A stretch of DNA of 63,617 nt, filler included, from Bigelowiella natans CCMP2755 (Eukaryota > Protista > Cercozoa): the NCBI GenBank assembly GCA_000320545.1. It is 5 parts of 5 records of this genome, joined end to end, with 100 filler letters (N's around TTAATTAATTAA, not from the genome) between each part and the next. Parts side by side here need not be neighbours in the genome. Positions count along the whole stretch, not along the records: positions 13,136 to 41,574 come from ADNK01000738.1; 4 more parts are not named here. The stretch is one strand, 5' to 3'. This document shows positions 14,070 to 27,437 of this stretch, in pieces (position 1 is the stretch's first letter; each line of letters starts with the position of its first letter). Below the pieces are notes generated by a model. The model ran no database searches and was not told where the DNA came from. It saw nothing but the letters and a program-made list of their open reading frames with translations. Position numbers and translations under genes: made by a program.

Positions 14070-14861
14070 TCGTGAGTGCGTGCGTGTCTGTACAGACGTC
14101 TTGGCAGTAGCGACCCAAAACAGGAAACACCCTCTCACTTCGGCTTTATTACGGTGCGAGTGGCAAGCAATTCGAGGGACAAAACAAAAATGATTTCTGC
14201 ATCGTACTCATCAGTACGGATCATACTGCGTATTCGTTTTTCCATCGTTGCTTTGATGGACATAACTGTGACAACTACCACAACCAGCATGACTCTGAGA
14301 ATACTACCATTCTCACCCCCAAAACATCATCAGACCAACCTGCGGTCGACAGCCACAGGCTAATGAGCATGCCGAAATACTGCGCCCAATGGACCAGCAC
14401 GCGGTTGTCCTGCTGCTGCCCAATCTCGCTATGCAGAGACGTCAGTGTGACCGCGAATAAGGTATCGAAGAAAGCGTTGAGACTGACGTAACGCATTTCT
14501 GAATGGCCGTCCTGAGATAGACGGTTCCAGTCGACGCGAAGCCTCGGTGCCTGAATTCATTAAACCCAAATTTCGGTTTTTCGCGCCCCATGTTAGGACA
14601 CAACGACTGACTGAGTGTCACCAATGATAAAAAAAATCTGACGAGCAGGGGTTAGTAAGCTTCCATAACCTGAAATATCCCGTCCGCAAACCAGGAATAT
14701 TGGAGGACAGATTCTTCCTTCAGCCGAGCGTACGAGTCCTTCCGCATGGCAGCACGGCGGCGCTGCTCGCGAAAGGACCCGTAGCTCTGCGATTTTATTC
14801 GCTGTGCTTTAAAGTCCGTTTGCTTGGATTTGAACATGATCTGCGCAATGCGCCCATACAC
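13398..14861 (-). CDS. LtrA (low temperature requirement A)-like multi-pass membrane protein, 5' part; C-terminus lost in the gap
   Basis: Exons DGHSEMRYVSLNAFFDTLFAVTLTSLH..HWAQYFGMLISLWLST, YSSRFDNDDVSHKIFWSLYGVGILGLLMHVE, GDPGSSNAPVFALCFAWL, YMLLAGHWFRCAIAI. FFD-L-F and Y-x-x-RFD-x-DD resemble LtrA family motifs. The start is uncertain; another exon may lie near 14970-15045. Confidence 0.6.
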
Positions 14862-15530
14862 CTCAGTGTTTGGGCGCGGAAAACAAGTCGCACGAACATA
14901 GAAAGGAAATACAAGGGATTAATAATGCTACATCCAAACCTTGTAACCCTCAATATTATATCAAAAATGAAGTCTTCACGCTGCGAGAGGGGATACTTCG
15001 GTCCCTCCCCCCCCAGGACGCGTCGTGCTCCTTTCCTCCGGTCGGACACGTAGACTTTCCAACGAGGTCGGACGCTTGGGCTCCTCAAAAGGAATCCGAG
15101 GAGATCTCCTCTCTGCGACAAGAAATAAAGTATTCAAATTTGTTGTGTCGCAGGTGTGGAACCCCATGCGATTTTCTCATGACGATCATGTCGCAGGTGT
15201 GGAATCGGGTCTAAGAGAAACGACGATTCAGGTTGAAACCGCCAGTAACCGACAAGCAAAAGCGACCTGGGAACAGGTTTTGTCGAGAAGTGTGAATGAA
15301 ATAATACCTACAGGAACCTGTACAGAATTAGCATGAGTGCCTCTCTATGGGAAACATTGATTGATTGAAGGTGATGGCGAACATGTGGCTCAGATGATGT
15401 AACGTGTGCACGTGCGAACGAGCAATTATACATAGATCTCCACGGTAGGGGAGGAACCTTCGTTCGAATTTTTACCAGAGCCTTTTTGACCCAATCCCCT
15501 GCCCGGTAGGCCCAGCGAGGCTCATTGAAA

Positions 15531-18500
15531 ATGGCCAAAAAAAAGAAGAGCGCGAAGAAGAAAAAGAAAAGGTGCAATTATCATCGCTAAGCAATATACC
15601 ATCACCAGTGTCACAGTAATTTGGTGCGGAACTGTATCAGGTCTAGCATAGATGAGTCGGGAGGCGAGGAGAACGACGGCATGGGCGACAGCGTTGCGAG
15701 CGCCGCCAAGGTGTTCGTGGAGCCCAGCAAATCGGTCAACCCTGACGATATGTTTGACTTCGAGATGTTGGTGAGCGACGTTCCTTACAATGAGCAAGGG
15801 TAATGGCACGCAATGACTTACTTAGCAGAATAAACTATAAAGTTGTATATATGTATCGCTTTTGTGTTCTCCAGCTGTCTTCATTTTCCTTTATAAACAC
15901 ACACTCAGGGACGAAAAATGGAATGCAGAGAAGACGTTGGCGCAGAGGCGTGCGCTCCTCCAAGATGTAAGATTGGCTGAATGCACCCATCGATGGTGGA
16001 GGACCTTCCCTACTGTCCCTGTTCCCGACTGGAAACCTAAGAAATATAGCTCAGCGTCTATGGATGGGAATGGATCAGGTGGCACATTAACACCATGTGC
16101 CGGGAAGCATGTCATCGCATGAATAATGCCCGAAGATATGTACAACAGATTAGTATTTTTTTAATGACCGTGGATCGCATTAAACTGATTATTTTTGGGC
16201 ATTTAGTCGGTGGAAGCGAAAAGAACGCAGATGGAAAGGCCGAAGATGAAGACGAGGATGAGGACGAAGATAAGGAAAATGAAGAGAAGGAGGAGGTGCC
16301 ACAGTGCATATTGCGAGATAACTATATCAGCGTGTACCTGAAAATGGCCAAAGCTCTCTACAAGCACACTTTTAATGAGGGAATCTGCAGGGGATATGCC
16401 CTAATGGATTGGCGTAAGGATACAGCCACAAAAAAGACCGATGCTGATACACAAAAGGCAGATAACGACCGTCCTCTGCAGGAACAAGACCTTGAGGACG
16501 CCGAAGACTACGCCGAGTACATGACAAACGAGCAGCTGCACGCATCGTTATTCGAGCTAGCCGACATGTGGACCGATTCGGTGGACATCAACGACTATGA
16601 AGACTTTCTTGACAAGCTGTTCTACCGAATCACCGCCTTGAAGGAGGAGTCTGATTTCGACGACGCTGGGAGGGTAGAAGACCGTGGAGAGGGTGCGGGG
16701 GGAGAAACACGCTTAGATGGTGATACCACTGTGGAGGGGACAGCGAAGACACGAGCTTTCAAAGATCTACAGGATGTCACTGCGTTCGAGGATGGAGAGA
16801 TAGGATCAACTTCCAAAACTGCATCAGGCCGCCGTGATTCTCAGCGTAGCATAACAACCGAGGACGGCAAGGTTTTAGGGCAGACTCACACCCACAACAT
16901 CGACGATTTGTTGGGGGACGTAACTTTGAGCGATGAAGAGGAAGAGGAGGAGGATGTCAGCGATCTAGCGCACGATGTTGTCCTCCGATTGAAGAAGCCG
17001 CCCTTGGTGACGGATGTCGGAGAGGAGGGGAGCTCTGAGCGGAAGGAATTCGAAAAGTCCCTTCCAAGTGATATAGCGGAAGCTCTGGAGTGCGATCCAA
17101 GCAGAATTGTGCTTCGAAAGATCTGGATCGGGAGGATTAGAGACGGCGAGGCCGCTGACGGCGAGTGGCAGCATAAGCGCCACTTTTGCCGTATCCGAAT
17201 TCTTCCTTCTGACGACCCGGACGACGACACCCTAAAGCCGCAGGAACTGGTTAACAGGCTCCTGGAACAGTGGGGAGAAGAATTTAGCGAGCTGTACGAT
17301 GGAATGACATCATGCGGCATCGAACCGGGGAAAAAACCGAGAGTGCGCGCGAGAAAGGAAGGCGATGCCAGCAGCGACGACGAGGAGTATGCAGAGAACG
17401 AGGAGGGTGTTGATACTGACATGGAAGATGGCGAAGAGGGAGAAGTGGGTAGAGACGCGGGCGTCGGCACAAGGGATGCCAAAAGAAGAGGCGGGCACGC
17501 AGCGATGCAAGACGCAGAAAGGCAAGCCCAAGAGCTCTTATCTGGGGGGAATTCGCAGGGAGAGGGAAGAAGGAGGTCAAGGAGAAGAGGGGCCCTAGAT
17601 ACAGTTCCAGAAGATGGCGGGCCTACCCGCCCAGCTCCCAGACGGAGAAAAAGACCCAAAAGAAAGTACAAAAAGCTTCCCCCGCCCAAGGAGTGGAAAC
17701 CCCGTGTTATCCCTCCGAAAGAAGCGGTCAAAATGGAGGGTATGAGCAGCATAATTGATAAGATGAATGAACTCAAGGACACTAAGAAACTTATGGAGGT
17801 TGACCTCAAAGATATGCTGTTTAGCTTTTCGTACGCCTTCAGCCAGCCTGCGGAAGAGGAGGAGAAGCGGGAGATCTGGATCAACGAGGCCTGCAAGAAA
17901 GCGATGTGGATGACCCGAAAATATCCGGTCACCCGGAAAATCCCAGCGCCGCCCGCGAAAGAGGAGGTCGTCTTGGAGCGGGACGGCGTGCACGCGGAGG
18001 ATGAGAAGCCTAACTGGACAGACTATTGCGTGGGCATTATTCGGTACATGTTCAAGGAGCAGCAGATCAGCGCTGAGCAGAAGGACGTCCTCATTCGGAT
18101 CACAAACCCGCACTTACTGAAGAACCAGACCGAGAGGAAGGGGCGCAAGATTCTGTTGGCACTGCTCCGGCAGTTTGCGATGAACCAGGGCCTCATCGCC
18201 ATGGACGACGACCCTGACCCTGAGCTCGAGGCAGAGATGGAGAAAGAACTTGACAAAGAAGCCAACAAGACGCTCGAAAAGCTGGCGGGGAAGGTATCAC
18301 GGGTGATTGACACGAAGGAGACGACCTTGACTCCGGAAATCAAAGCCAAGTTTGACGCCATGTTCGCCCCTCCGCCATCACCACCCAGGGAGAGCAAGGC
18401 TCAAGAGGCGGAGAAGACGGACCTCAAATCCATTCAACCCCACGGAATTCTAGGGGCTCCCCCTGTACGTGTATCAAACGAGGTTCGAAACGCTCTGCAG

Positions 18501-19298
18501 AACTCCTTGTCGAAGGGGCTTAAAGGCGCATTCTGGCCCCGCCATGTCCCCATAGTCTCTAAATACTCTCGCGCTCAGAACGCCTTGGTGGCTAAAGAGA
18601 ACGAAGAGAAAAACCTCGGTGCGAACGATCCTGGGGATGAGGGTAATGAGGGGAAATACAAGGGGGGAGACAACCAGGAGGGATTACTACCGCCGCTTTA
18701 TAGTGCACAAAAGATGAGAATTTCTGTCACCAAACGCAAACCCCCCAGTGAGAAACTTCCGATAGCTTCTTCGATGACCTTTAGCTACAAGGGAGTCGAT
18801 TTGGTGGAAGGCGGCGGAATTGATTTCCACTCCCACCTCGGAGGTGACAGCAGGCCACTACACGAACGAGGGGGTTCTGCCCCGTTGTACCACCGGAGGT
18901 ATTTCGGGAAGAACAGCAGGAAAAAGCCATCAAGGCAACAACGGCAGAAGCAGCAGTATCGTCTAAAAATAGAGACAGCAGCTGCATCCCAGGGCAAGAG
19001 TGCCCAAGGTTCTGCCCGATCCCAAAATTCGGTAGCTGATGCGCCCTGGCGGATATTCGATGCAGACTCTGCAGCGTCATCTGCTCGTGGAACGGTCGCA
19101 GAAACCCCGAAAAGCAGTCTCATAAAGGATAGTAACAGTAGTACTGTAAGGTTCAGCCCCGTACATTCTCGCGAGAGTAAGTTACCGCTGCGGACTCCCA
19201 GCCATGTTACGAAAGTGTCAGTTAAAAACAAACTCCAGCAGAATTCACAAAAGGAAGAGGTCAAATTTCCGCCTCTGGAAAGGAATTTTACAAGGTGA
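15531..19298 (+). CDS. Large uncharacterised protein (~1150 aa) with a basic N-terminus, an EF-hand-like helical domain and low-complexity regions
   Basis: ATG at 15531 (MAKKKKSAKKKKK), in-phase GT-AG joins to exons at 15641 and 15909, then a ~3.1 kb terminal exon (ORF 16095-19298) with acidic and basic tracts. It includes YISVYLKMAKAL..DWRKD..SLFELADMWTDSVDINDYEDFLDKLFYRI. Confidence 0.8.
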
Positions 19299-19325
19299 CC
19301 TCCTATATCTTTCAACATGGATATA

Positions 19326-19382
<57 letters not shown>

Positions 19383-19416
19383 GTGTATAATATAAAATTA
19401 CCCCTTCCCTCACCCC

Positions 19417-19473
<57 letters not shown>

Positions 19474-19639
19474 TCATAATTCGCTCCCATTGTTCAACTT
19501 CCAAATGCTCCCATTTTCTAAACGCGACAGTGATTTGCAGCTCTTTATTGCTCATAAAATGAACTAGTCGTTTTGTTGCCTCGATGATTAGGATACCAAA
19601 GAGGAGAAAGTCAGGCCAAATACGAAATTCGTTTTCTTT

Positions 19640-20620
19640 TACATGACATCGAGCGTAGTTTGCATGAGTATGCTTATGCATCAATTTCGCTTCCGTATTA
19701 ATAACATTCACCAAAAAGAAAAATAGGCACATGGACGCCGCTATGCTTTCTGCCGGCTTGCATGCATCCGCAGCTCACATTCAATATCACATTCAATACA
19801 CAGAGTGTACGCGGAATAGCCACGCATGCTATGTGCATGATCGACGCGCTCGGAGCGCACGCTCGCCGTCAATATAATAGACACAGCAATACACAATATC
19901 ATCAATCATGTGAGTACGTGCGTGCAGAGTATTGTTGCACAAAGCAGGCTCTGCGATGCATGGCTATCATGACGAGCTGAAGCACACGATTACACGTCTA
20001 TCATTACCACGGCTGCTAATCACGACGAACAGACATTGTTTTCATTGAACATGCGCAGCAGAGAGATTCCCATGTTCCCGATGCATGTCAGCTGTCACTA
20101 CAGCTACGACATCATGACATTGTGGCAGCATGCATGCACACGCGTGCGTGCGCGCGTGCAAATAAACATATCGCACAGCATCAGCTCATCATTTTACGCG
20201 CATGCATGATCGAGATCGACGGACGTATCGTAATTGCAATCGCAGCGCAATGTGAATGATTAAGGTGCATTATTATTTTTTTAGCTTGTCGTCCTTCAAC
20301 AATCCTGCCGCATGGAGGCTTCACAATCAGTGCGATTGCACCGCAGACACACCTCGTCAGCTTGCGACGTTACATATGTTGCGGCAATGCCAAGCGATGC
20401 GAAACAGCTACACTTCACTACGCTCAGAATGTACATGAAAGTGGAAGCACAGAGCATGCGCAGCCGGGTATATACGACTACAATAACTTCATTGCACGCA
20501 CGCACGCAGGAGCTAGTAACGATTGACTGGGTACGCATCGCTTTCCACTTAAGATGCGATACGGTTATCAGTAATTATAACAATGAGTCACGCACCGCTG
20601 CAATTACGGTCACTGTGTGT
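19640..20620. repeat. Palindromic-word island 2 (convergent zone)
   Basis: GCATGCATGCA, CACGCGTG, GCGCGC, GATCGA, TGTACA. Confidence 0.65.
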
Positions 20621-20915
20621 ATGTTTTTTGTTTATTTGTGAAAAATCGAATAATATCTTTAAATTCTGACAACGCAACGCGCTTTGGTTTTGTGTTCATT
20701 GATGTATGCGACTAGTGAAACTGCACTGGAGGCATGATCTGCTGCTGCTGGGAATGCGCAGCGAGGGGACTTCCAGCACGGGCCGAAGATGGCGCCGGCG
20801 CACATGGACAACACATATCGCCCTGTGCGGGAACACAACACGACAAACAGAAATCAAATGCAAAGAGAGTAGTTAGAAATGCTCGGGATGGAAAGAAAAC
20901 GAGAAGGACTGCAAA

Positions 20916-22495
20916 TCATGTTCCACTCGCACATGCACATGATTTCCCACACGACATTGCTACCTGCAAATGCCTCATGTGGTCCATAACTTCCAAGAAG
21001 GATGGAAATTCCGTTGTACTAGGTGAAGACGCTGTGGTTGCGTTCACGATACCCATGTTCCCTTCGGCTGCGAGCGCGCTTCTATTTCCATGCCCAGAGA
21101 TGCCATTAGCAAGCTCGATGGCCATCATCGCGTTGGGAGACTGTGGAAAGCAGTATTAGAATATAGTGTCTCGAAAAATGTAATGTTGATGCTTTATTTT
21201 TGTCAGTGTAAGAAAAAAACGCTCTCTTTCTCTCCCTCCCTCCCACCCCCCCTCCCTTCTCTTTCTCTTATGTTGGAGGACACTCAGTACTTTACTTACC
21301 ATAGCGCACTCACAGCACCCGTCCCCGTTGCTGCCCCCCGCAAACGTCTGCATCTCGCATGTAGGTTTCTGGCATTGCAGCGTGCATTTGGGCTTCGGGC
21401 AGGTCTTTGGTTTGCGGCACTGGCAGAATTGAGGAGACAACCCATGAAAACAACAAAGAAACGATAGACAACGATGAGTTGGGTGAGTAGCTGGGGGTAC
21501 GCGACGCTGATCGAGAATATATGAGGCAAAGTTGACGAAAGGAAATATAGGAAATATGGTATGGGTACACAGTGAGATATTTGCAAACAGGTGGATAGTT
21601 GATATGTGCTAGGGATAATGTATGTTGATTTAATTGTGACGCGGAGAGGAGGATGAATGCCGGTGAGAGATATACGTGATAAATATATGAGTATTTAATC
21701 GTCATATAGAACGGCAGCTTCACTTGTTACCTTCCATTGACATGCTGTTTCCTCGCACACGGGGGTGCACACTGCCTCGGGCGCAGTGCAGGTTGAAAAG
21801 CACCTGAGCATTATGGGGGGGCAGCCCGACTTTTCAGTTTCTAATTTTTACTTACTCTCTAGCTACGAGTTATCTTAGGAATGGGGATTTAGTGTCCATT
21901 TGAGTGGGGATATCCGGTGTGCACGCACGGCATCAGCATATTGTTAATTACTTTGCTGGTGCACAGACAGTCTCGCACTTCGGGCAGTCGGCACGCTCAC
22001 ACATATCCTTGGGGCAACGGATGCTACAGATTGGCTTCTCGCAGTGCACTTTGCACTTAGCGCAGGGAACCTGAGGGGAAATCAAGAAGGTATAGCGAGA
22101 AGGGCATCAACAACAAAGAATTCGAATAGATATTGTCAACCCCTCAATTCCTTTGATTGATAAATTGGAAACGATTTGTATGAAAGATGGAAACGATTCA
22201 TACAAACTTGATGCAATTATTATCGCCCTCATAAGATTACCTGCTCACACGACATTTCACACTTGGGTTTCTCGCAGATTGGGTGGCAGAGAGCTGGGCA
22301 TTGCGGATCATCACACATCCATCGGCATTGTGGATGGCATTCCTGGATTAATGGAGCATTTTTCAGTTTGATCGATGTTTTATGCGGGTATCCGTCAGAA
22401 ATACATGCGAGAAATACCTGGTCTTTAGCCGTAACTGAAGTTACAGCGAAGCAGAATAATACCACGCCGACTTTTACTATCCAATGACCGCCCAT
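20916..22495 (-). CDS. Secreted cysteine-rich repeat protein (6 exons)
   Basis: Signal peptide MGGHWIVKVGVVLFCFAVTSVTA, then spliced ECHPQCRWMCDDPQCPALCHPICEKPKCEMSCEQ/VPCAKCKVHCEKPICSIRCPKDMCERADCPKCETVCAPAK/CFSTCTAPEAVCTPVCEETACQWK/CRKPKTCPKPKCTLQCQKPTCE..CCECAM/..PSFLEVMDHMRH..CGKSCAC. Confidence 0.88.
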
Positions 22496-23342
22496 ACGGA
22501 AACCCTGATCTCTAGACCTTTATACCATTTTATCAAACTATTACTTTTGTTCGTTAAATCGAATTGTCACATCTCATTCGTGCATTTTCTTCCGAGTTCC
22601 CCCCCTCTCATCGCCCATCCTCAAATACATTGGTAGCCAAGTTCAACAGTTCTGAGGACACAGCAAACTGAATTCAAATTCAAAACATGCCGAAAAAATA
22701 CTCGCGGATTTATTTTTCGGTCAAGGAAAGCCGATCTCAACCTCATTCTTTTGCGACAAGCAAAAAGTTAAGTCTTTGATAGTTGATGCAGCCTTTTTTT
22801 GTACGGATCGGAATTTCCAAGAAGTATTCCCCATGTAACCCCTGACAAAGATATTTCCCATGAAATTCATACGCGATGCTCCTCCCCGAAGTCGATACAG
22901 CGAAGAAGATCCTGCGAGTTTTGTTCCAAATGATGAGCCAGGGGGTTATGAGTGTTGTTGTTGTTGTTGGTCGAACCCTGGCCAGGAAGTGGGATATTCG
23001 GAGGGTGCTTTCGGCAACAGTACCTGGCAATATTTCGAAGTCGTTTGTCGAAATCAGCCTGCTTTTTCTTCTCCACGCTGCTGGAGGCAAGGACGCCTGA
23101 GCTGCTACGACTGTGGAGGAAGATAAGTCGAAGAGGAACACCAGCATCTGGCCTCCTCCATACAAAGGTCGCTTGGGAGGAGATAAAGAAGGGTTGTTCA
23201 TCATACCCCCCGCAGAGAGGTTCTTATATCGATTTGTCAGGGAGGCAACGACGGTCCTGAGACTCTAAAAACAACAACGACGATAACGGCGGTGCTCTTT
23301 ACATCCAGTCCCTGAAGGTAGGAAAGAAGCTCCCCGCTCAGT

Positions 23343-24060
23343 ATGGCGGAAATCACGAAAGAATACCTCCTGGAATTCAAGGTTGGCCACAGACTTGTAT
23401 AAAGTGTTTACGTCAAGTGCGACTAGGCAATATGTGTGTTAGAATATCGAGACTCCTGCAAATAAATATGAACTTACTTATTATTTCTAACTTAGACTCA
23501 AATCAAGATGGCGACTCTTATTCCTGCAGCTAAATACAAGAATACAGTGCCTGAAATAGACGTGGCAAAAAATATCGTAAGATACCGTGCCTTTCGTCGG
23601 ACATTGCGGCGACTCTCTCCTGATATACTTTGTATTTCAGGCGATATGTGACAAATTGACCGTTCAGCCTGCCTTAGCATGGCGTGCAGAGAGAACGATT
23701 CGAAAAATAGCGTAAGCGATGTCACGTTAAATTCTGCCATGTGTGATTCGTCTCCTTTCGAAGACCATACATATATAACTGGAATGTCGTTTCTCATTTG
23801 GTTTTGCCTCCACTTATCTCAGATTGGGCAAGGACGACGTCGCAGCAATTTTGGCGATGAACCTTGCGGATATGGTACTTACACGCTAAGTGAGAGCTAG
23901 CAAAATGAACAACGTCCGTCAGAAATATCCAATTGGAGACTTGCTTTGAAATAGCGACGTGCATTTTTAGATTGTGAAAAACTGCCCACGTTTCCGGCTC
24001 ACAATGAACACAAAGCTCTTCAGCAATGGACTGGTCTGCAGCCAGCGAATCACATGCTCC

Positions 24061-24109
<49 letters not shown>

Positions 24110-24361
24110 AAACACATCTCTCTCTCTTTCAAACACAAACACACACACACACAAACATACAGCACACACACACAGCACACAACACAGTCAAGAAGACTGG
24201 AGTATGCGCGCACACAAGCACATCGTGATAGTCGTCCTCATCATGATCGAAGGATATGCACTTCTCGACGTTCAGGTGAAAACCTTGCCCAAGCACATCC
24301 GAAATCCACAGGGTAGGAAGTTCCACACGATGCAGGACGACGGAAACCCAGCTAAGGTGGA

Positions 24362-24399
<38 letters not shown>

Positions 24400-27384
24400 A
24401 TCATTACTACGATTATTATCATAATTATGTCCAGCTTGTGAACGGAGTACATCGTATCGATGATGTCACGATTGCGGTGGGTATGCAATGGAAATCAAAG
24501 GCCGAAGATTTCCACTGAAACTCATACATGATGCTACCACTACTGCTACTACTACTACTACTACTACTACTAATACTACTACTACTATTGCTGCTGCTGC
24601 TGCTGCCGAATTTAGGTGGAGCGCATATCGAAGACTTTGCTGCTGATCCAGCAGTGGGCAGGGGGTGTTGGACATCATTGGAAGCAGGCTTATGAAGATT
24701 TGAAGCTTAAGAACTGCCAATTTCCAGTACCCCACAAAGATGAGGTCACTAACTACTGAGAATGGAGCAATACGTGACCGTTTTAAAAAAAAATTCGGAT
24801 CCTGGGTTTTTTTTACAAAAGCGAACAGAGCGATGATTTCTGTCCCGTGAGGTTGGTCAGTTGCCGCCTCTTCGGGAGAACAAAATCATCGCTGCTCCAG
24901 CGCAGTAAGATACTGGGGAGTTGTAGCCATATTGCCACATGTTTTTATGAACTGAGGAAGAGGGCTGGCACAGCAAACAATTGAAATCGCGGCTTCCTTC
25001 CACATGAGTGCGCGGCTAGGACCTAGAGCGAATTTGTTGAATTTAGATCAAGGATAACCGCGCATTCATTCACGCGTAGGTGTCGGCCTTGGATTTCGAC
25101 GATACGAAAGTACCAGCAAAGACAACAGCTAGGACAGCAAAGACAAGTGGTGGTGGTGGTGGTGGTGGCGGCGCCTTTACACCAACAGCTCGCGTGGATG
25201 GCAAGGTAACCGATTCTCCGTTGCATCAATTTGGGGGGGCGGGGGGGGAGGGGGAGATTTTGAAATGCACGTGGACATTCTTCACGCGCTTCGTTGCATT
25301 TTGGTCCGTCCCTCCTCACCTTTTCTTCTTCCCCCGCCCCTCGTTTCCCCTTCTGCGTCGTCGCCCTTTCCTCCCAGGAGAGGGTGTTCGCGGACAGTCA
25401 GTGCAAGCAGGCGGCGGCGTTGTTCGAGGTGCTGAACGATATGCTGCGGGCAAAACCTGAGAATCCTGCCCGCAACCCTATGATCCAGGAGCTGAAGGGC
25501 CAATGCGAGGTCGTACGAAGAAGCAGTGCGTGTTTGTCGAAACCGGTTTTTATCGTTAGTAGCGTAGCTGTGTGAGGGCGCGTTTGCGGCTGCGGCCCTA
25601 CGTGTAGTTACAGCACTGTTCCGGGGCATTTATGCTTGGGGGGGAAGGATGGCTATGATGATGCGGCTGATGATGATGATGGTGATGATGGCGGAGGAGG
25701 AGGGGTTGGGGGAGGAAACAACCCTTGAAGACCTAACACTACTGCGAACCTCTTTTCTTTGATTCTACACTTCTTCGACACCATCAGAACCTGCAAAAAC
25801 AAGTGCAAGGCCGTCTCGGGGCGAACAATTCTCCGCAAATTATGGATGAACTGCTCAAAGTAGTAGTGTTGTTGCTATGATTAGTTGCAGAAGCTCCATC
25901 GCTCTTTTGTGTTACATTCGTCGTTGAGTACATGTAGGCATAGGTTGCCGTCACCCATGGGTTCGTGAGTGTAGTAGACTGTGAGCTTTACCATAGTTCT
26001 ATCCTCGATGTATATAAGTTGTATTATATATACTTTCGGCATTGATGGTAGGAGTCATCATCAAATACAATCGTCGTCGTCGATGTCATCACCGTTGTTG
26101 TCTTTTCCAACTTTTATTGGCGTCGAAGCAATTTCTTAGTGATGGATGCTGCATTGTTCTTGGTGCAATCTGCTAGCCTCCCGTCTTATGCAGCTTCCCT
26201 CCATCTACAACTTCTTGCCGCTATCTCCACCCCCCCTTTTCTGTGTGTGTCATCTCATCGGTTTTGATGCCCGGACAACATCCTAGGTGAACGATCTATT
26301 CAATAATCTCACGAAGCTCTACAGGGATGTGATAGCAGGCAAGCAGAATGAGAAGAGAATGCATGTTGTTTGTCATTAGTTTGTACCGCTGTCGTCTCCT
26401 TTTTCATCGTCCTCCTCCTCTCCCTCCTCGTGGGTAGATGCTGTACTAGCATAGACTCGCCCCGCGCTTCTTCTTGACGAAGTAGAGAGGACGGTGAAGG
26501 AGAGGAGGAGGAGTTGGAGGAGAGGAAGAATGCCATCCTTATCTTTTCCTTCGATCGCGTTGTTCTTTTCTCATGCATGAACGATAGCAATATAAAAATG
26601 TGAGAAATGGGTAAGTATGATGCAATTTGTCATGAAATTAATTGGAAGAAGAAGATGAAAATGAAAGTGAATGTACGTGGTTATGCATATGAGATAGGGG
26701 AGAGGGGGGGGGTCCTACTTTGACGTCGTTTCCAGTATGATTTCTCAATACCAACTATGTTCTTCTCCATCATCAATCCGAAGGTAAAGATATTGCCCCA
26801 CCCCCATCACGAGAGCAGCAACAACAACCTAAGGCTAAGAAAGAACCAGAGAAGAAGATAGAGAAGAAACAGGTAAGCTTGTAGCGAACGAGTAGTAGTT
26901 TCGTAGTCGGTTTTTGTTCCAACTATCCGCTGTTACGGCACTTATTGCTGAAACCTTATGTACATCTTCGTTGATGCTCCGCTCTAACCGCGTTGTGGGA
27001 CTTTCCTCCTTCTCCTCCTCCTCCTTCTTCTTCTCCTTCTTCTTCTCCTTCTTCTTCTTCTTCTTCTTCTTCTTCTTCTTCTTCTTCTTCTTCTTCTTCT
27101 TCTGCTTCTGTTATTATCATTGCTCTTATGGCACCATTGCAGGACGTGAAGGACAGCAGGGGGGGGGACCGTGTGCCACGCAAGGAAGAGCAGAAAAGGG
27201 ACAACGGCCAGCAAGATCTTCTCGGACTGTAAGACGATTTGATATTATATAGGAGAACAATACCAGAGTTGGCGATGATGATGATGGTGATGGTGACAAA
27301 ATGACGAGGAAGGAATCAACAACAAACGTGCTTGGGATGTTATACTGCGCGCGTCCACATATACACACACACACATAAGCACAT

Positions 27385-27437
<53 letters not shown>

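Noticed and set aside
16886-19732. Long minus-strand ORFs (348, 172 and 315 aa)
   Set aside because: Antisense shadows of the long + strand exon; Ser/Leu/Phe-rich with no motifs.
22743-23260. Overlapping short ORFs, including one with CCCCC
   Set aside because: They lie in a divergent spacer or 5' region. The Cys run comes from a (TGT)n repeat and no frame gives a recognisable protein. A small gene cannot be fully excluded.
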